From Gemmatimonadaceae bacterium (GTDB lineage: Bacteria > Gemmatimonadota > Gemmatimonadetes > Gemmatimonadales > Gemmatimonadaceae), in assembly GCA_051859245.1 (NCBI GenBank), contig JBHYGA010000001.1, positions 192,001 through 256,000 of the forward strand: 64,000 nucleotides of DNA, read 5' to 3'. Positions 10,081 through 20,915 of the stretch are shown piece by piece. The translations under genes were made by a program, and so were the position numbers. The notes under the pieces are model-generated. The model was given only the letters and a program-made list of their open reading frames with translations, was not told the origin of the DNA and ran no database searches. Position 1 is the stretch's first letter; each line of letters opens with the position of its first letter.

Positions 10081-12012
10081 CTACAGCGCACGACCGGAAC
10101 TGCGCGCGGCCATGCGAGTGGCCTCAGCGCGGGCGTCAGACTCGGTGGCCGGTACGGGATCTTCACCGGGGTTCACAAACCGGTCGCGTTCAAAGCGATG
10201 CTGCCGATCATACAAATCACGGTAGCGTCCGTTCAAACGAATCAGCTCGTCATGCGTGCCGCGCTCGACAATCTGTCCCTGTTCCAGCACAAGGATCTGG
10301 TCCGCACTCGTGATCGTGGAGAGCCGATGTGCAATCACAAACGTGGTGCGACCCGAGCGCAGTCGCTGCAAACCCTCCTGAATCAGCGACTCACTTTCGC
10401 TGTCGAGCGATGACGTGGCTTCATCCAGGATCAGAATGCGCGGATCCGCGAGAATGGCGCGTGCAATCGCAACGCGCTGGCGCTGTCCGCCAGACAGCTT
10501 GACGCCGCGCTCGCCCACAATCGTGTCGTAGCCGTCGGCAAACCGCGAGACAAACTCGTCAACATTGGCAATGCGCGACACTTCAAGCACTTCTTCGTGC
10601 GTAGCGCCCGGACGCGTGAACGCGATGTTGTCGCGCACCGTACCATCGAACAAAAAGTTGTCCTGCAGCACCACGCCAAGCTGACGTCGGTATTCGTGCA
10701 GCTTGAGTGTGGAGAGATCATGACCATCCACGATGATCTCGCCCTTTTGTGGTCGCGCAAAGGCCATCACTAGCGAAATGAGTGTGCTCTTGCCCGAGCC
10801 ACTGGAGCCCACCAAGGCGGTGGTCGTGCCAGCCGGCGCCGTGAAGCTCACATCACGCAGCACCGGCGTGTCGGCTTCGTACTCGAACCACACATGCTCG
10901 AACGCCACATCACCACGCAGCGGCGGCAAGGCGAGACGCTGCTCGTCTTCCTGATCTTCCGTGGCCATGTCGCGCAGCTCACGAATACGATCGAGGCCGG
11001 CAAACGCTTCGGTGAGCTGCGTGCCGATGTTGGCGATCTGCACGAGCGGCGCCGCCACCAGACCAATAAAGATCACGTACATGAACAGATCGCCAAGCGT
11101 CATGCTGCCCGCGATCACCGCGCGTCCACCGAACACCATCACCAGAACGCTGATCAATCCCACGACGGCCGTGGAAAGCGCGGTGGTGGCCGACGTACCC
11201 GTGATGGTTTTCGCGATGTTCTGGAACAGACTCATCACACCACCGCGAAACACTTCCTGCTCGCGCTTTTCGGCGGTGTACACTTTGACCAGGCGAATAC
11301 CACCAATCGTCTCGGCGAGTCGGCCGGTCACATCGGCGGTGAGTCGTCCACGCTCACGAAAAATTGGGCGTAGTCGCTTGAACGCCGTGGACATGCCGGC
11401 GGCGAATATGGCCAGCAGTGTGACCGTGCCAAGCGTGAGCTTCCAGTTGAGCCACAACAACACCGCCAGTGCGAACGTGGCCGTGACCAAGCCACCGGTG
11501 AGCTGAATGAGGCCGGTGCCAACAAGATTGCGAATGCCATCCGGGTCATTCATGACACGCGAAATCAGGATGCCGGATTTCGTGCTGTCGAAGAAACGCA
11601 CCGGCAGACGCACCAGATGCGCCTGCACTTCTTCGCGCATATTCGCGATCGCGCGCTGCGCCGCTACGCTCACCACCTGCGAGAGCGAGAACGACGTGAT
11701 GGCCTGAATCAGCGTAGCCGCACCACCGGCGAGCGCGAGCGGAACGAGCAAGCCGTAGTTCTGCTTGGTAAGCACTTCGTCAATCAGATACTTCGAGCTG
11801 AACGGCAATACAAAACCTGCCGCGCGACTGATCAGCATCAGCACCAGGCCAATACCAACCGAGCGACGATGCGACCAGATCAGTGCACGCGCTTCGGCCC
11901 ACGCGCGCTTGGTATCACGCGGCGTTGTGGATTCGCCACCATCACGACGCATACGACCTCCACCGCCTTTTTCGGCGTTGGGCAGAGACGTGCGAGGAAA
12001 TCCGCGTGCCAT
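10081..12012 (-). CDS. ABC exporter, fused permease/ATPase (MsbA/MdlB-like)
   Basis: TM domain; GSSGSGKS, LSGGQ, ILILDE, IAHRLST. Confidence 0.95.
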   Translation of the reverse strand: MARGFPRTSLPNAEKGGGGRMRRDGGESTTPRDTKRAWAEARALIWSHRRSVGIGLVLMLISRAAGFVLPFSSKYLIDEVLTKQNYGLLVPLALAGGAATLIQAITSFSLSQVVSVAAQRAIANMREEVQAHLVRLPVRFFDSTKSGILISRVMNDPDGIRNLVGTGLIQLTGGLVTATFALAVLLWLNWKLTLGTVTLLAIFAAGMSTAFKRLRPIFRERGRLTADVTGRLAETIGGIRLVKVYTAEKREQEVFRGGVMSLFQNIAKTITGTSATTALSTAVVGLISVLVMVFGGRAVIAGSMTLGDLFMYVIFIGLVAAPLVQIANIGTQLTEAFAGLDRIRELRDMATEDQEDEQRLALPPLRGDVAFEHVWFEYEADTPVLRDVSFTAPAGTTTALVGSSGSGKSTLISLVMAFARPQKGEIIVDGHDLSTLKLHEYRRQLGVVLQDNFLFDGTVRDNIAFTRPGATHEEVLEVSRIANVDEFVSRFADGYDTIVGERGVKLSGGQRQRVAIARAILADPRILILDEATSSLDSESESLIQEGLQRLRSGRTTFVIAHRLSTITSADQILVLEQGQIVERGTHDELIRLNGRYRDLYDRQHRFERDRFVNPGEDPVPATESDARAEATRMAARSSGRAL

Positions 12013-12022
12013 TCAGGTACGC

Positions 12023-13552
<1,530 letters not shown>

Positions 13553-13645
13553 AGAAACGGTCCGGGACAGAGATCGAGGGGGGCGCGCCCGTCCGGACCC
13601 GCCTGCACACCCTCGAAATCTACACCCGATTGCGGACTTCGGGCC

Positions 13646-14206
13646 TTATTGGTCGAAGAGGGACCGATAGCTGCCGTAGCCCGCCGCCTCCAGCGAATCG
13701 GCGGGAATGAAGCGCAGGGACGCCGAGTTCATGCAATACCGCAGTCCGGTGGGCTGAGGGCCATCCGGAAAGACGTGGCCAAGATGCGAGTCGGCGCCCA
13801 CCGAGCGCACCTCGGTCCGCTCGACCGTCAGGAAGCGATCGGTTTTGGTGTACACATTCTCGGTGACGAGTGGCTTGGTGAAGCTCGGCCACCCGGTACC
13901 GCTATCGTACTTGTCTTTGGAGCTGAACAGCGGCTCGCCGGAGACGACGTCTACGTAGATGCCGTCGGCCTTGAGATCGTGGTACTCGTTGTTGAACGAC
14001 GGCTCCGTGCCATCCGTTTGGGTGATGCGATACTGCACCGGCGTGAGCGTCGCGCGGAGCTGTTCATCGCTCGGACGCAGCGCGCCGATCTTTGAGGCCT
14101 CAGGGGGTGCCACTTCTGCGTTGGCCGCCCGCTGACGCCCGCTGGTCACGAACAACACCGTGAGCGCCGCCAGCGACACGCCGGCAATAATCAGAAATCG
14201 AGACAT
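13646..14206 (-). CDS. msrB: Peptide-methionine (R)-S-oxide reductase with N-terminal anchor/signal
   Basis: [29 protein letters not shown]. Confidence 0.95.
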   Translation of the reverse strand: MSRFLIIAGVSLAALTVLFVTSGRQRAANAEVAPPEASKIGALRPSDEQLRATLTPVQYRITQTDGTEPSFNNEYHDLKADGIYVDVVSGEPLFSSKDKYDSGTGWPSFTKPLVTENVYTKTDRFLTVERTEVRSVGADSHLGHVFPDGPQPTGLRYCMNSASLRFIPADSLEAAGYGSYRSLFDQ

Positions 14207-14208
14207 GA

Positions 14209-14904
14209 TCAGTTCGCCTTCAACAGGCCAGTTGTGCCGATTCCCGCCGCGTCGCCCCACAGCTCTTTGAGGCGCGCGTCACGGCCACACGCCGTGCGAT
14301 AGTACTTGTAGCGAATCGGATTTTTCTTGTAGTAATCCTGGTGGTATTCCTCAGCCGGGTAGAACGTGCTGGCGTCGGTAATTTCCGTGACGACCGTGCG
14401 CTTCAGCTTGGCGGTAATCGCGGCTTTCGATGCTTCCGCAGCAGCGCGCTCTTCGGCGTTCGCCGGGAAAATCTCGGAGCGATACTGCGAACCTTGATCG
14501 CAGAACTGCGCATTCGCGGTCAGCGGATCGATGTTGTGCCAGAAAATGTCGAGCAGCTGCGCATACGAAACCTTGGCCGGATCGTACGTGATTTCCACGG
14601 CTTCGGTGTGTCCAGTGCGTCCCGCCGACACCTGCTCGTACGTGGGATTGCGTACGCCGCCGCCGATGTAACCGCTTACTACAGAGGAGACGCCGGCAAG
14701 TTTTTCAAAGGGCGGTTCCATGCACCAGAAACAGCCGCCGGCAAAGACGGCTTTGCGCGTTGCAGCACTACCGTCGCCATCATCGTTGACTTCCGGTGCC
14801 GCTGACACCGGCGTTGCACTGGACGTTGGCGCACGGAACAAAATGGCCACCGCGGCAATCAGGACCACGGCGCCAACAAGAGCGGATACAGAGCGTACAG
14901 ACAT
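14209..14904 (-). CDS. msrA: Peptide-methionine (S)-S-oxide reductase with N-terminal anchor/signal
   Basis: [25 protein letters not shown] before ATG. Confidence 0.95.
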   Translation of the reverse strand: MSVRSVSALVGAVVLIAAVAILFRAPTSSATPVSAAPEVNDDGDGSAATRKAVFAGGCFWCMEPPFEKLAGVSSVVSGYIGGGVRNPTYEQVSAGRTGHTEAVEITYDPAKVSYAQLLDIFWHNIDPLTANAQFCDQGSQYRSEIFPANAEERAAAEASKAAITAKLKRTVVTEITDASTFYPAEEYHQDYYKKNPIRYKYYRTACGRDARLKELWGDAAGIGTTGLLKAN

Positions 14905-15013
14905 GACATCCTCGAGTTGAGCGTATACCACACGTAGTCGGAAACACTCGGGTGAGTTCCCAACGCGCGTGTAAATCGCGTAGCGAACACCACGGCGCGC
15001 GACGAGGAACTTT

Positions 15014-16180
15014 TCAGAGCAGATCGGGTCCGGCGATCGCCTGACCACGCGCAAAGCGGTCGGGTGCAAGCGATGACATGTCGAGCGTGTGCGCATCGCC
15101 CTCCACCACCAATTCGGCCATCAACTGTCCAATCGCGAGCGCGTGCATCACGCCGTGCCCCGACGAGCCATTCGCCAGCAGCAGGTTCGGCACCTCGGCC
15201 GTTGCGCCAAAGATCACATGTCGATCCGGTGACATCTCATACAGCCCCGCCCATGATGATGACGCATCGATCGCCACATCGCGCAGCGCAGGAATCACCT
15301 CGTTCGTCGTGCGTCGAACATCGGTAATCCACGACGGATCCACCGTCGTATCGAACAGGTCCACCACTGGCTTTTCGTCGGGTTGCAGCAACAGCACCCG
15401 ATCACCGCGCACGCGCAGATGAAATCCGTTGTCTGCGACGACAGTCATTGGTGTGTCGGGCGCGAGTAATGCGGTGGGGACTGTTGTTGCCACCTGTCGG
15501 CGTTTCGGCACCACCGGAATGTGCACACCCGCCATCGCGGCGATGGACGCGGCCCACGCACCGGCGGCGTTGATCACGCGTGCGGTGGCAATGCGTTCCG
15601 TTGCGGTGTGCACGGCCACGATGCGATTCCCGTCACGTTCAATTGACGTGCAGGCGGTGTTGAACGAATACGTGACGCCGGCGCGCTGGGCGCTGCCGAT
15701 CAATCCCTGCAGCAGTGCTTTCGGGTTGATGTAGCCATCGCGCGCCGCGTACACGCCGCCCACAAACTGCGACGCGTCCACAAACGGTGAGAGACGACGA
15801 ATGTCAGACGGAGATACATCGTGGCCATCGGTGTAGCCCGCGGCATGCTGTACCGCCTGTGCATCGCGCAGTACCTGGAGCGTGTCGTGCGAACGGGCCA
15901 TGAAGAGGTAGCCCACGGGCAGGTATTCCGGATCGACGCCGTGCACCGCCTGAAAGGTTTCCAGTTGGCGCAGCGCGAGCAGTGAGAGCTGCACGTTGAT
16001 GGCGGTGCCATACTGCGCGCGAAATCCTCCCGTGGCTCGACCGGTGCTGCCGGCGGCCGGTTCGCTCGCGCGCTCCAGCACGCGCACAGACGTTTCACCA
16101 CGTTCTGTGAGATGCCACGCGATGGCGGCGCCAATGATGCCTCCGCCAACAATCACCGTGTCCGCACTCGAATGCTGCAT
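15014..16180 (-). CDS. FAD-dependent amine/amino-acid oxidoreductase (DAO / sarcosine oxidase beta-like)
   Basis: VIVGGGIIG, GSTGRATGG, NAAGAWA, WAGLYEMSPD, SGHG. Confidence 0.9.
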   Translation of the reverse strand: MQHSSADTVIVGGGIIGAAIAWHLTERGETSVRVLERASEPAAGSTGRATGGFRAQYGTAINVQLSLLALRQLETFQAVHGVDPEYLPVGYLFMARSHDTLQVLRDAQAVQHAAGYTDGHDVSPSDIRRLSPFVDASQFVGGVYAARDGYINPKALLQGLIGSAQRAGVTYSFNTACTSIERDGNRIVAVHTATERIATARVINAAGAWAASIAAMAGVHIPVVPKRRQVATTVPTALLAPDTPMTVVADNGFHLRVRGDRVLLLQPDEKPVVDLFDTTVDPSWITDVRRTTNEVIPALRDVAIDASSSWAGLYEMSPDRHVIFGATAEVPNLLLANGSSGHGVMHALAIGQLMAELVVEGDAHTLDMSSLAPDRFARGQAIAGPDLL

Positions 16181-16227
16181 GAGATTTCGCTCAGGGAAAC
16201 GGCCACGGGTCATGTGACCTGCGGCGC

Positions 16228-16252
16228 AAAAAAGACTGGCCGGTGGCCAATC
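16228..16252 (-). terminator. Intrinsic terminator in the leader of the oxidoreductase gene
   Basis: Minus strand GATTGGCC-ACC-GGCCAGTC-TTTTTT. Confidence 0.6.
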
Positions 16253-16432
16253 CGGAGGACACTCGCCGTCCGCGCGACTGTCCCGACTGCCGCGTAATCT
16301 GTTGTCTGTGCACGACTTGCGCTTGGGCACGCGAGCCTGGCTGCGCGTGGCGCACGGCTTGCCTTGATGGGTGACCAGCGACAGCAGCCACGATGGCGGT
16401 TGTCCCGAACCATCTGTCTGGAGTTGTTGGGT

Positions 16433-17737
16433 ATGTCAGTCTTTCATGTTGCCTTGTCCTCACGCCTGTTGCCGCGCCGTGTCACTCGGCTGCGCATGCT
16501 GTCTTTGATGTTGGCGTCGTTCGTGCTTGCGGCCTGTGGGGAGGATGTCGTTGCGCCCGCGCCCGTGGATCCGCCGGCTGTGGCGAGCATCGAAATTGCG
16601 GGTGACGCGCAGCCGCTGACGGTTGGTGCCAATCGCGCGCTCACCGCCGTGCTTCGCGACGCGAATGGTGCGGTCATCACTGGACGCCCCACCACGTGGA
16701 CGTCGAGCAACCCGGCGGTTGCCACGGTCTCCGCCACGGGAAGCGTGGCCGCGCTCTCGGTTGGAACCACAACCATCATGGCCTCGGCCGGCGGTCGCGA
16801 TGGTCTGCGCGTGGTGAGCGTACAGCCCGTGCCGGTGGGCGAGATCAGCGTGCCGTTTGCGCAGCTCACACTACCGCGCAATGAGTCGCGCACGATCGAA
16901 GCCTCCGCGCGTGACGCACAGGGTGTTCCAATCACGGATATTCAGTACACCTGGTCGAGCGACAACGAGACCGTTGCGATTGTGACGCCGACTGGTCGCG
17001 TCGTGGCGATCGCTTCGGGAACCGCGATGATCACTGTACGCGCGGGCGGACGTTCGGCCACGGTTCAGGTGACGGTGCCGTCAGCAATCGTTGAGGTACG
17101 GGTGTCACCGGCGGCGGCGGTGCTCCCGGTTGGCCACGCGCGACAGTACACGGTGGTCGTGATTGACGACCGAGGACGTGAGGTGACGGGGAAGCCAGTC
17201 ACGTGGACCAGCAGCACGCCGACGGTGGCACGCGTGTCTCCGAGTGGACAGGTGACGGCGCTCATGCCTGGATACGCCACGATTTCGGCGACCGTGGAGG
17301 GTGTGACCGGGTCGGTGGCGCTGACGGTGGAATCGACGGAGTGGCACTTCCAGGAGAATTTGTTTTCCGGCCGGATTATCGTGCGCTCTGACACCACGAA
17401 CCGAACGCAACACGGCTACGCGGTGAGCGAGGTGCGACTGGTGTCGGCCACGATGGCGCTGAACGAGCAGACGGGGGCGTGGACGCTGTCGGGTGAACTC
17501 GTACGGGAAGAGCGTAACTACTTTCAGGGCAACGTGATAGTGCGCGAGACGGCGCGCTGGACCGGCACGGATCGTGGTTCAACGGCCGCCCGTGACCTGA
17601 CCAGCAACATGCGGACGCTGCGCTCCTCGATCACTGGCAACCTGCAGTATCGGATGACTGTTGGGATGCGCAGCGCCTGGCTGGAGGGGACGTTGCCGGG
17701 CTACACCACCGAGATGGCGTTCCAGCTGAATCGCTAA
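16433..17737 (+). CDS. Lipoprotein with three Big_2-type Ig-like domains
   Basis: Lipobox LAAC; three W(T/S)SS..VA.V...G.V.A...G...I repeats; start uncertain (16433 or 16496). Confidence 0.85.
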   Translation: MSVFHVALSSRLLPRRVTRLRMLSLMLASFVLAACGEDVVAPAPVDPPAVASIEIAGDAQPLTVGANRALTAVLRDANGAVITGRPTTWTSSNPAVATVSATGSVAALSVGTTTIMASAGGRDGLRVVSVQPVPVGEISVPFAQLTLPRNESRTIEASARDAQGVPITDIQYTWSSDNETVAIVTPTGRVVAIASGTAMITVRAGGRSATVQVTVPSAIVEVRVSPAAAVLPVGHARQYTVVVIDDRGREVTGKPVTWTSSTPTVARVSPSGQVTALMPGYATISATVEGVTGSVALTVESTEWHFQENLFSGRIIVRSDTTNRTQHGYAVSEVRLVSATMALNEQTGAWTLSGELVREERNYFQGNVIVRETARWTGTDRGSTAARDLTSNMRTLRSSITGNLQYRMTVGMRSAWLEGTLPGYTTEMAFQLNR

Positions 17738-17760
17738 AAGGGGTTGCTTCAAATTATTTC

Positions 17761-17789
17761 TTGACAGGCAGTACCGGACGCCTTAATAT
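17761..17789 (+). promoter_or_regulatory. Sigma70 promoter of the cold-shock gene
   Basis: TTGACA-N17-TAATAT with AT-rich sequence upstream. Confidence 0.8.
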
Positions 17790-17953
17790 CGCGTCATGGG
17801 AGTTGTTCGGTCTTGGGACTACGGCTCTGGCTGTGGTCCCATTTTCGTCTCTACCATGCGCGTCAGCGGGGCGCGATTGCCCGCAGGATACGGACGGTCG
17901 GTGCGTACGGAAATACCGATACCTCGGCAGTCAGTACAATTTCAGGAGTAGGT

Positions 17954-18163
17954 ATGCGTACGACCGGTACAGTCAAGTGGTTCAACGACACGAAGGGTTT
18001 TGGTTTCATCACGCCTGAGAACGGCGGCAAGGACTGCTTCGTGCATCACTCGGCCATCCAGACGAGCGGTTTCCGCTCGCTGGCCGAAGGCGAGCGGGTT
18101 GAGTTCGACATCGTGCAGGGCCAGAAGGGCCCCGCCGCTGAGAACGTCACCAAAATCGGCTGA
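17954..18163 (+). CDS. cspA: Cold-shock protein, CspA family (69 aa)
   Basis: [31 protein letters not shown]; symbol is family-level. Confidence 0.97.
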   Translation: MRTTGTVKWFNDTKGFGFITPENGGKDCFVHHSAIQTSGFRSLAEGERVEFDIVQGQKGPAAENVTKIG

Positions 18164-18206
18164 GTCATTTGGCTGCACGCGACGCACCTCGGTGCGACGC
18201 GTTGGG

Positions 18207-18246
18207 GGGCCGCTCGGAGCAATCCGGGCGGCCCTTCGTGCTTTTC
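18207..18246 (+). terminator. Probable terminator after the csp gene
   Basis: GGGCCGCTCGGA-GCAA-TCCGGGCGGCCC then TTCGTGCTTTT. Confidence 0.65.
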
Positions 18247-18305
18247 CGGGCGTTTTCTGGTAATCTGACGCGTCGGCACCTGCGCCCCCTTTTCCCCTTG
18301 TTCGA

Positions 18306-18740
18306 ATGCAACGCGAATCGATTTCCTTTTCCGGCGTGCTGCTGCGCGTCGTCGCCGCACTGCTGTTGGTGTACGGCACATGGAATCCGTTTGGCTACTC
18401 GTTCTACGACTGGGCCATCGCCCCGATGTTCGGCGCGCCGCCCACCGAGGGCGCGTTGGCCGTCAAGTTCCTGCTCGGTGTTGTTCTGCTCGCTGCGTGG
18501 GGGGTCTTTGTCACGGCCACGCGGCGTTCGCTCGGACTTTGGGGGGCGCTGCTGGCCGTTGCGTTCACGGCCGGTGTGATCTGGGTGCTGATCAGCTACG
18601 ACCTCGTCAGCGCGAGCAGCAGCAAAGGGGTGGCCAACGTGGTTCTGATCTGTCTTTCCCTCTGTCTCGCGGCGGGCCTTTCCTGGTCGTTCGTGTCACG
18701 GCGGATCTCCGGACAGGTTGATACTGACGTAGTGGATTGA
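18306..18740 (+). CDS. Four-TM membrane protein (DUF6524-like)
   Basis: TWNPFGYSFYDW...RRSLG...WSFVSRRISGQVDTD. Confidence 0.75.
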   Translation: MQRESISFSGVLLRVVAALLLVYGTWNPFGYSFYDWAIAPMFGAPPTEGALAVKFLLGVVLLAAWGVFVTATRRSLGLWGALLAVAFTAGVIWVLISYDLVSASSSKGVANVVLICLSLCLAAGLSWSFVSRRISGQVDTDVVD

Positions 18741-18744
18741 ACGC

Positions 18745-18775
18745 AAAAAAGGCGCGCCATTCGGTGCGCCTTTTT
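18745..18775. terminator. Bidirectional intrinsic terminator
   Basis: AAAAAA-GGCGCGCC-ATTC-GGTGCGCC-TTTTT between convergent genes. Confidence 0.85.
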
Positions 18776-18800
18776 CTATTGTAGGGTGTTTGCGGGCGCG

Positions 18801-19427
18801 TTACTGAAATCCCCACGGCGCCGGCGGTGCGGTCACAGCGCGTGAGAGATCAAACTCCACGCGAAAGCGGCGGTCGGTACCTTCGCGACGCAGTGCGTAC
18901 ACAAAACTCACACCGGGCTGTACGGCCATCGTCCACACGTTTGTTGCGGCGGCAGGAATGATGGTGGCCGTGTGCGCGTCGGCGAAGAACTCCTGAGCGC
19001 TTGCTGACATCGCGTCTCGCGTGTCGCCGCCGTACTGCGTGACACTGTCTTCGGTGCCGTCTTCGTGCCGATGATCATGCTTGAGTCGCATTCCGCCGCC
19101 GATCTTTGATACGACCCACGTACGTGAACGATTCTCGCCCACGTGAAACGGAATACGAATCACTGAGTCGCTGCATTCGCGCACGTGCATCACGAGCGTG
19201 GACGCAGCAAAGGCACTGTCGAGCGACGAGTCTTCAATGACGCGACCTTCAAACGCCTGACCGCACATGGACGCGAGTGCCGCAAAGAATGTGTCCTGCG
19301 GCGTGACGACGGTGCCGGTAACGGAGCTGCTATCCGTTGTGGTGTCGGGCACGGTGCGTTCCCCCGCACAGGCCGCGATCGCAGCGCACGAGGCAACAAA
19401 GAGCAGAAGCGAAATGCGTGGGCGCAT
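18801..19427 (-). CDS. Hypothetical lipoprotein
   Basis: Lipobox IAAC; conserved-looking RSRTW and LKHDHRHEDG motifs. Confidence 0.8.
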   Translation of the reverse strand: MRPRISLLLFVASCAAIAACAGERTVPDTTTDSSSVTGTVVTPQDTFFAALASMCGQAFEGRVIEDSSLDSAFAASTLVMHVRECSDSVIRIPFHVGENRSRTWVVSKIGGGMRLKHDHRHEDGTEDSVTQYGGDTRDAMSASAQEFFADAHTATIIPAAATNVWTMAVQPGVSFVYALRREGTDRRFRVEFDLSRAVTAPPAPWGFQ

Positions 19428-19450
19428 GGGCGGTGGGTCAGGGGAGGAGT

Positions 19451-19512
19451 GCGCGACGTTTAACGCGGTCGAACAGAGAAGCGCGCGACGTTTAACGATC
19501 GTTTAACGATCG
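19451..19512. repeat. Three CGTTTAACG palindromes, within a 15-bp direct repeat and an 11-bp tandem repeat
   Basis: GCGCGACGTTTAACG at 19451 and 19483; TTTAACGATCG at 19491 and 19502. Confidence 0.75.
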
Positions 19513-20732
19513 TTTACAAGCGTAACCGCCAACGAGTCCATCCACTGCGGCATGGACGGACGAAGACGCGAGTGACTGTCGTTCACGATCAGTGACAGCG
19601 TGAGGCCGAGCCTTGGATAGTGCCGAACTTCCGTGCGATAACCAGGGAAGAATCCACTGTGCCCACGCACTGGTCCGGCAATGGTGGAATCGCGAAGAAT
19701 CATGCCCAGTCCGTAACGTGTCCCTGCGCCCAGCGCGCGCGCATCCGGTCCGGTGATTGCCTGCTTGAGGAGCGCGTCGCCGAAGGGCTGACCCGAGAAA
19801 TACAGCGCGCCCCACGATGCGAGATCGCCCGCTGATGCTGCGTATCCACCACCGGCGCCTTCAAACTGCGGGTTGATGATCATGCGCCCGCTGTCGAGCA
19901 TGGCGTCGCGTCCACCAAACGGATTGCGCGGGCCGGCGTAGCCCTGCGCCACACCGTCGAGCGTTCGCGAGTCGGACGGCAACGTGTTGCGCAAACCATT
20001 GGGCCTGAGGACGCGTTCGGCGATGAGCGAATCGATCGGTGTGGACGTAATGGCTTCGATCACCAACGCGAGCACGAGATAGTTGGTGTCGGAATAATCC
20101 CAACCGGCACCGGCTGCAAACGGTGCCGTTGTACCATGTAAGTAGCGCACCTGTTCTCGCGGATCCCATACCTTGTCGGGATTACGCGTGAGCGTTTCAA
20201 GAAACTCCGGACGGAACTCGTAGCGCACCAATCCGGAGGTGTGCTGCATGAGCATGCGGACCGTAATGTCCGCGGCATTCGGCACCGAGTCATACCAACC
20301 CTGTCCACCGACGTATCGACTCACGCGTGCGTCGAGATCGAGGCGCCCGTCGCGTACGAGCTGCAGTGCGATGGCGGCCACGTAGGTTTTGCCCACGCTG
20401 CCGAGCAACAAACGGTCGGCAGGTTGCATCGCGCGGCGCTGCGTTGAGTCAGACATGCCAGACGCGAACTGCTGCGTCGCGCGATTCGACATGGCGACAC
20501 CGAGTACCATGCCGGGCACAGCACTACTGCCGCGATAGAGATCGAGTGCGCGCTGTGCTCGCGCCGCAATACTATCCGGCTGTCGTAGGGCCAGCGTGCG
20601 CGCGTGTGATGTGGCAGCAGCGGCGCCGCTTGTAACGGCACTCGACTCGCTCGTCGGTGCAGTGGTGACCGAAACGGCGGGTGATACTACGAGCGGAACA
20701 GCAAACAGAATCGCGAGGTGGACGCGTGACAT
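19503..20732 (-). CDS. Serine hydrolase, beta-lactamase-related family
   Basis: GSVGK (SxxK), LMQHTSG, YSDTNY, GHSG; signal peptide; start uncertain. Confidence 0.9.
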   Translation of the reverse strand: MSRVHLAILFAVPLVVSPAVSVTTAPTSESSAVTSGAAAATSHARTLALRQPDSIAARAQRALDLYRGSSAVPGMVLGVAMSNRATQQFASGMSDSTQRRAMQPADRLLLGSVGKTYVAAIALQLVRDGRLDLDARVSRYVGGQGWYDSVPNAADITVRMLMQHTSGLVRYEFRPEFLETLTRNPDKVWDPREQVRYLHGTTAPFAAGAGWDYSDTNYLVLALVIEAITSTPIDSLIAERVLRPNGLRNTLPSDSRTLDGVAQGYAGPRNPFGGRDAMLDSGRMIINPQFEGAGGGYAASAGDLASWGALYFSGQPFGDALLKQAITGPDARALGAGTRYGLGMILRDSTIAGPVRGHSGFFPGYRTEVRHYPRLGLTLSLIVNDSHSRLRPSMPQWMDSLAVTLVNDR

Positions 20733-20915
20733 GGCAACGGGAGTGCTGGTGGCGAGCGTACTGGCTGATTTGAAGCTACTCGGAACGCGATTCACCATCA
20801 AAGCGGCACGGTTGGGCCCGATCTCTGCGCTCGCATCTGCGGTCGTCCGCAGTATGTGGCTTGAGCGCGTGAACGGCGAGCGAGTGGTTGACCAGCGAAA
20901 CGGAGCGACGGTACG

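Noticed and set aside
18781..18806. Extra copy of the ECF motif (GTAGGGT)
   Set aside because: No CGTGT at the 13-nt spacing; lies between convergent genes.
20585..20608. GTAGGGC...CGTGT
   Set aside because: Spacer is 11 nt and the site is inside a CDS.
19503..20732. Antibiotic-resistance beta-lactamase (also 25161..26429; vanZ-like 29968..31218)
   Set aside because: Only general family motifs; no resistance or mobile context.
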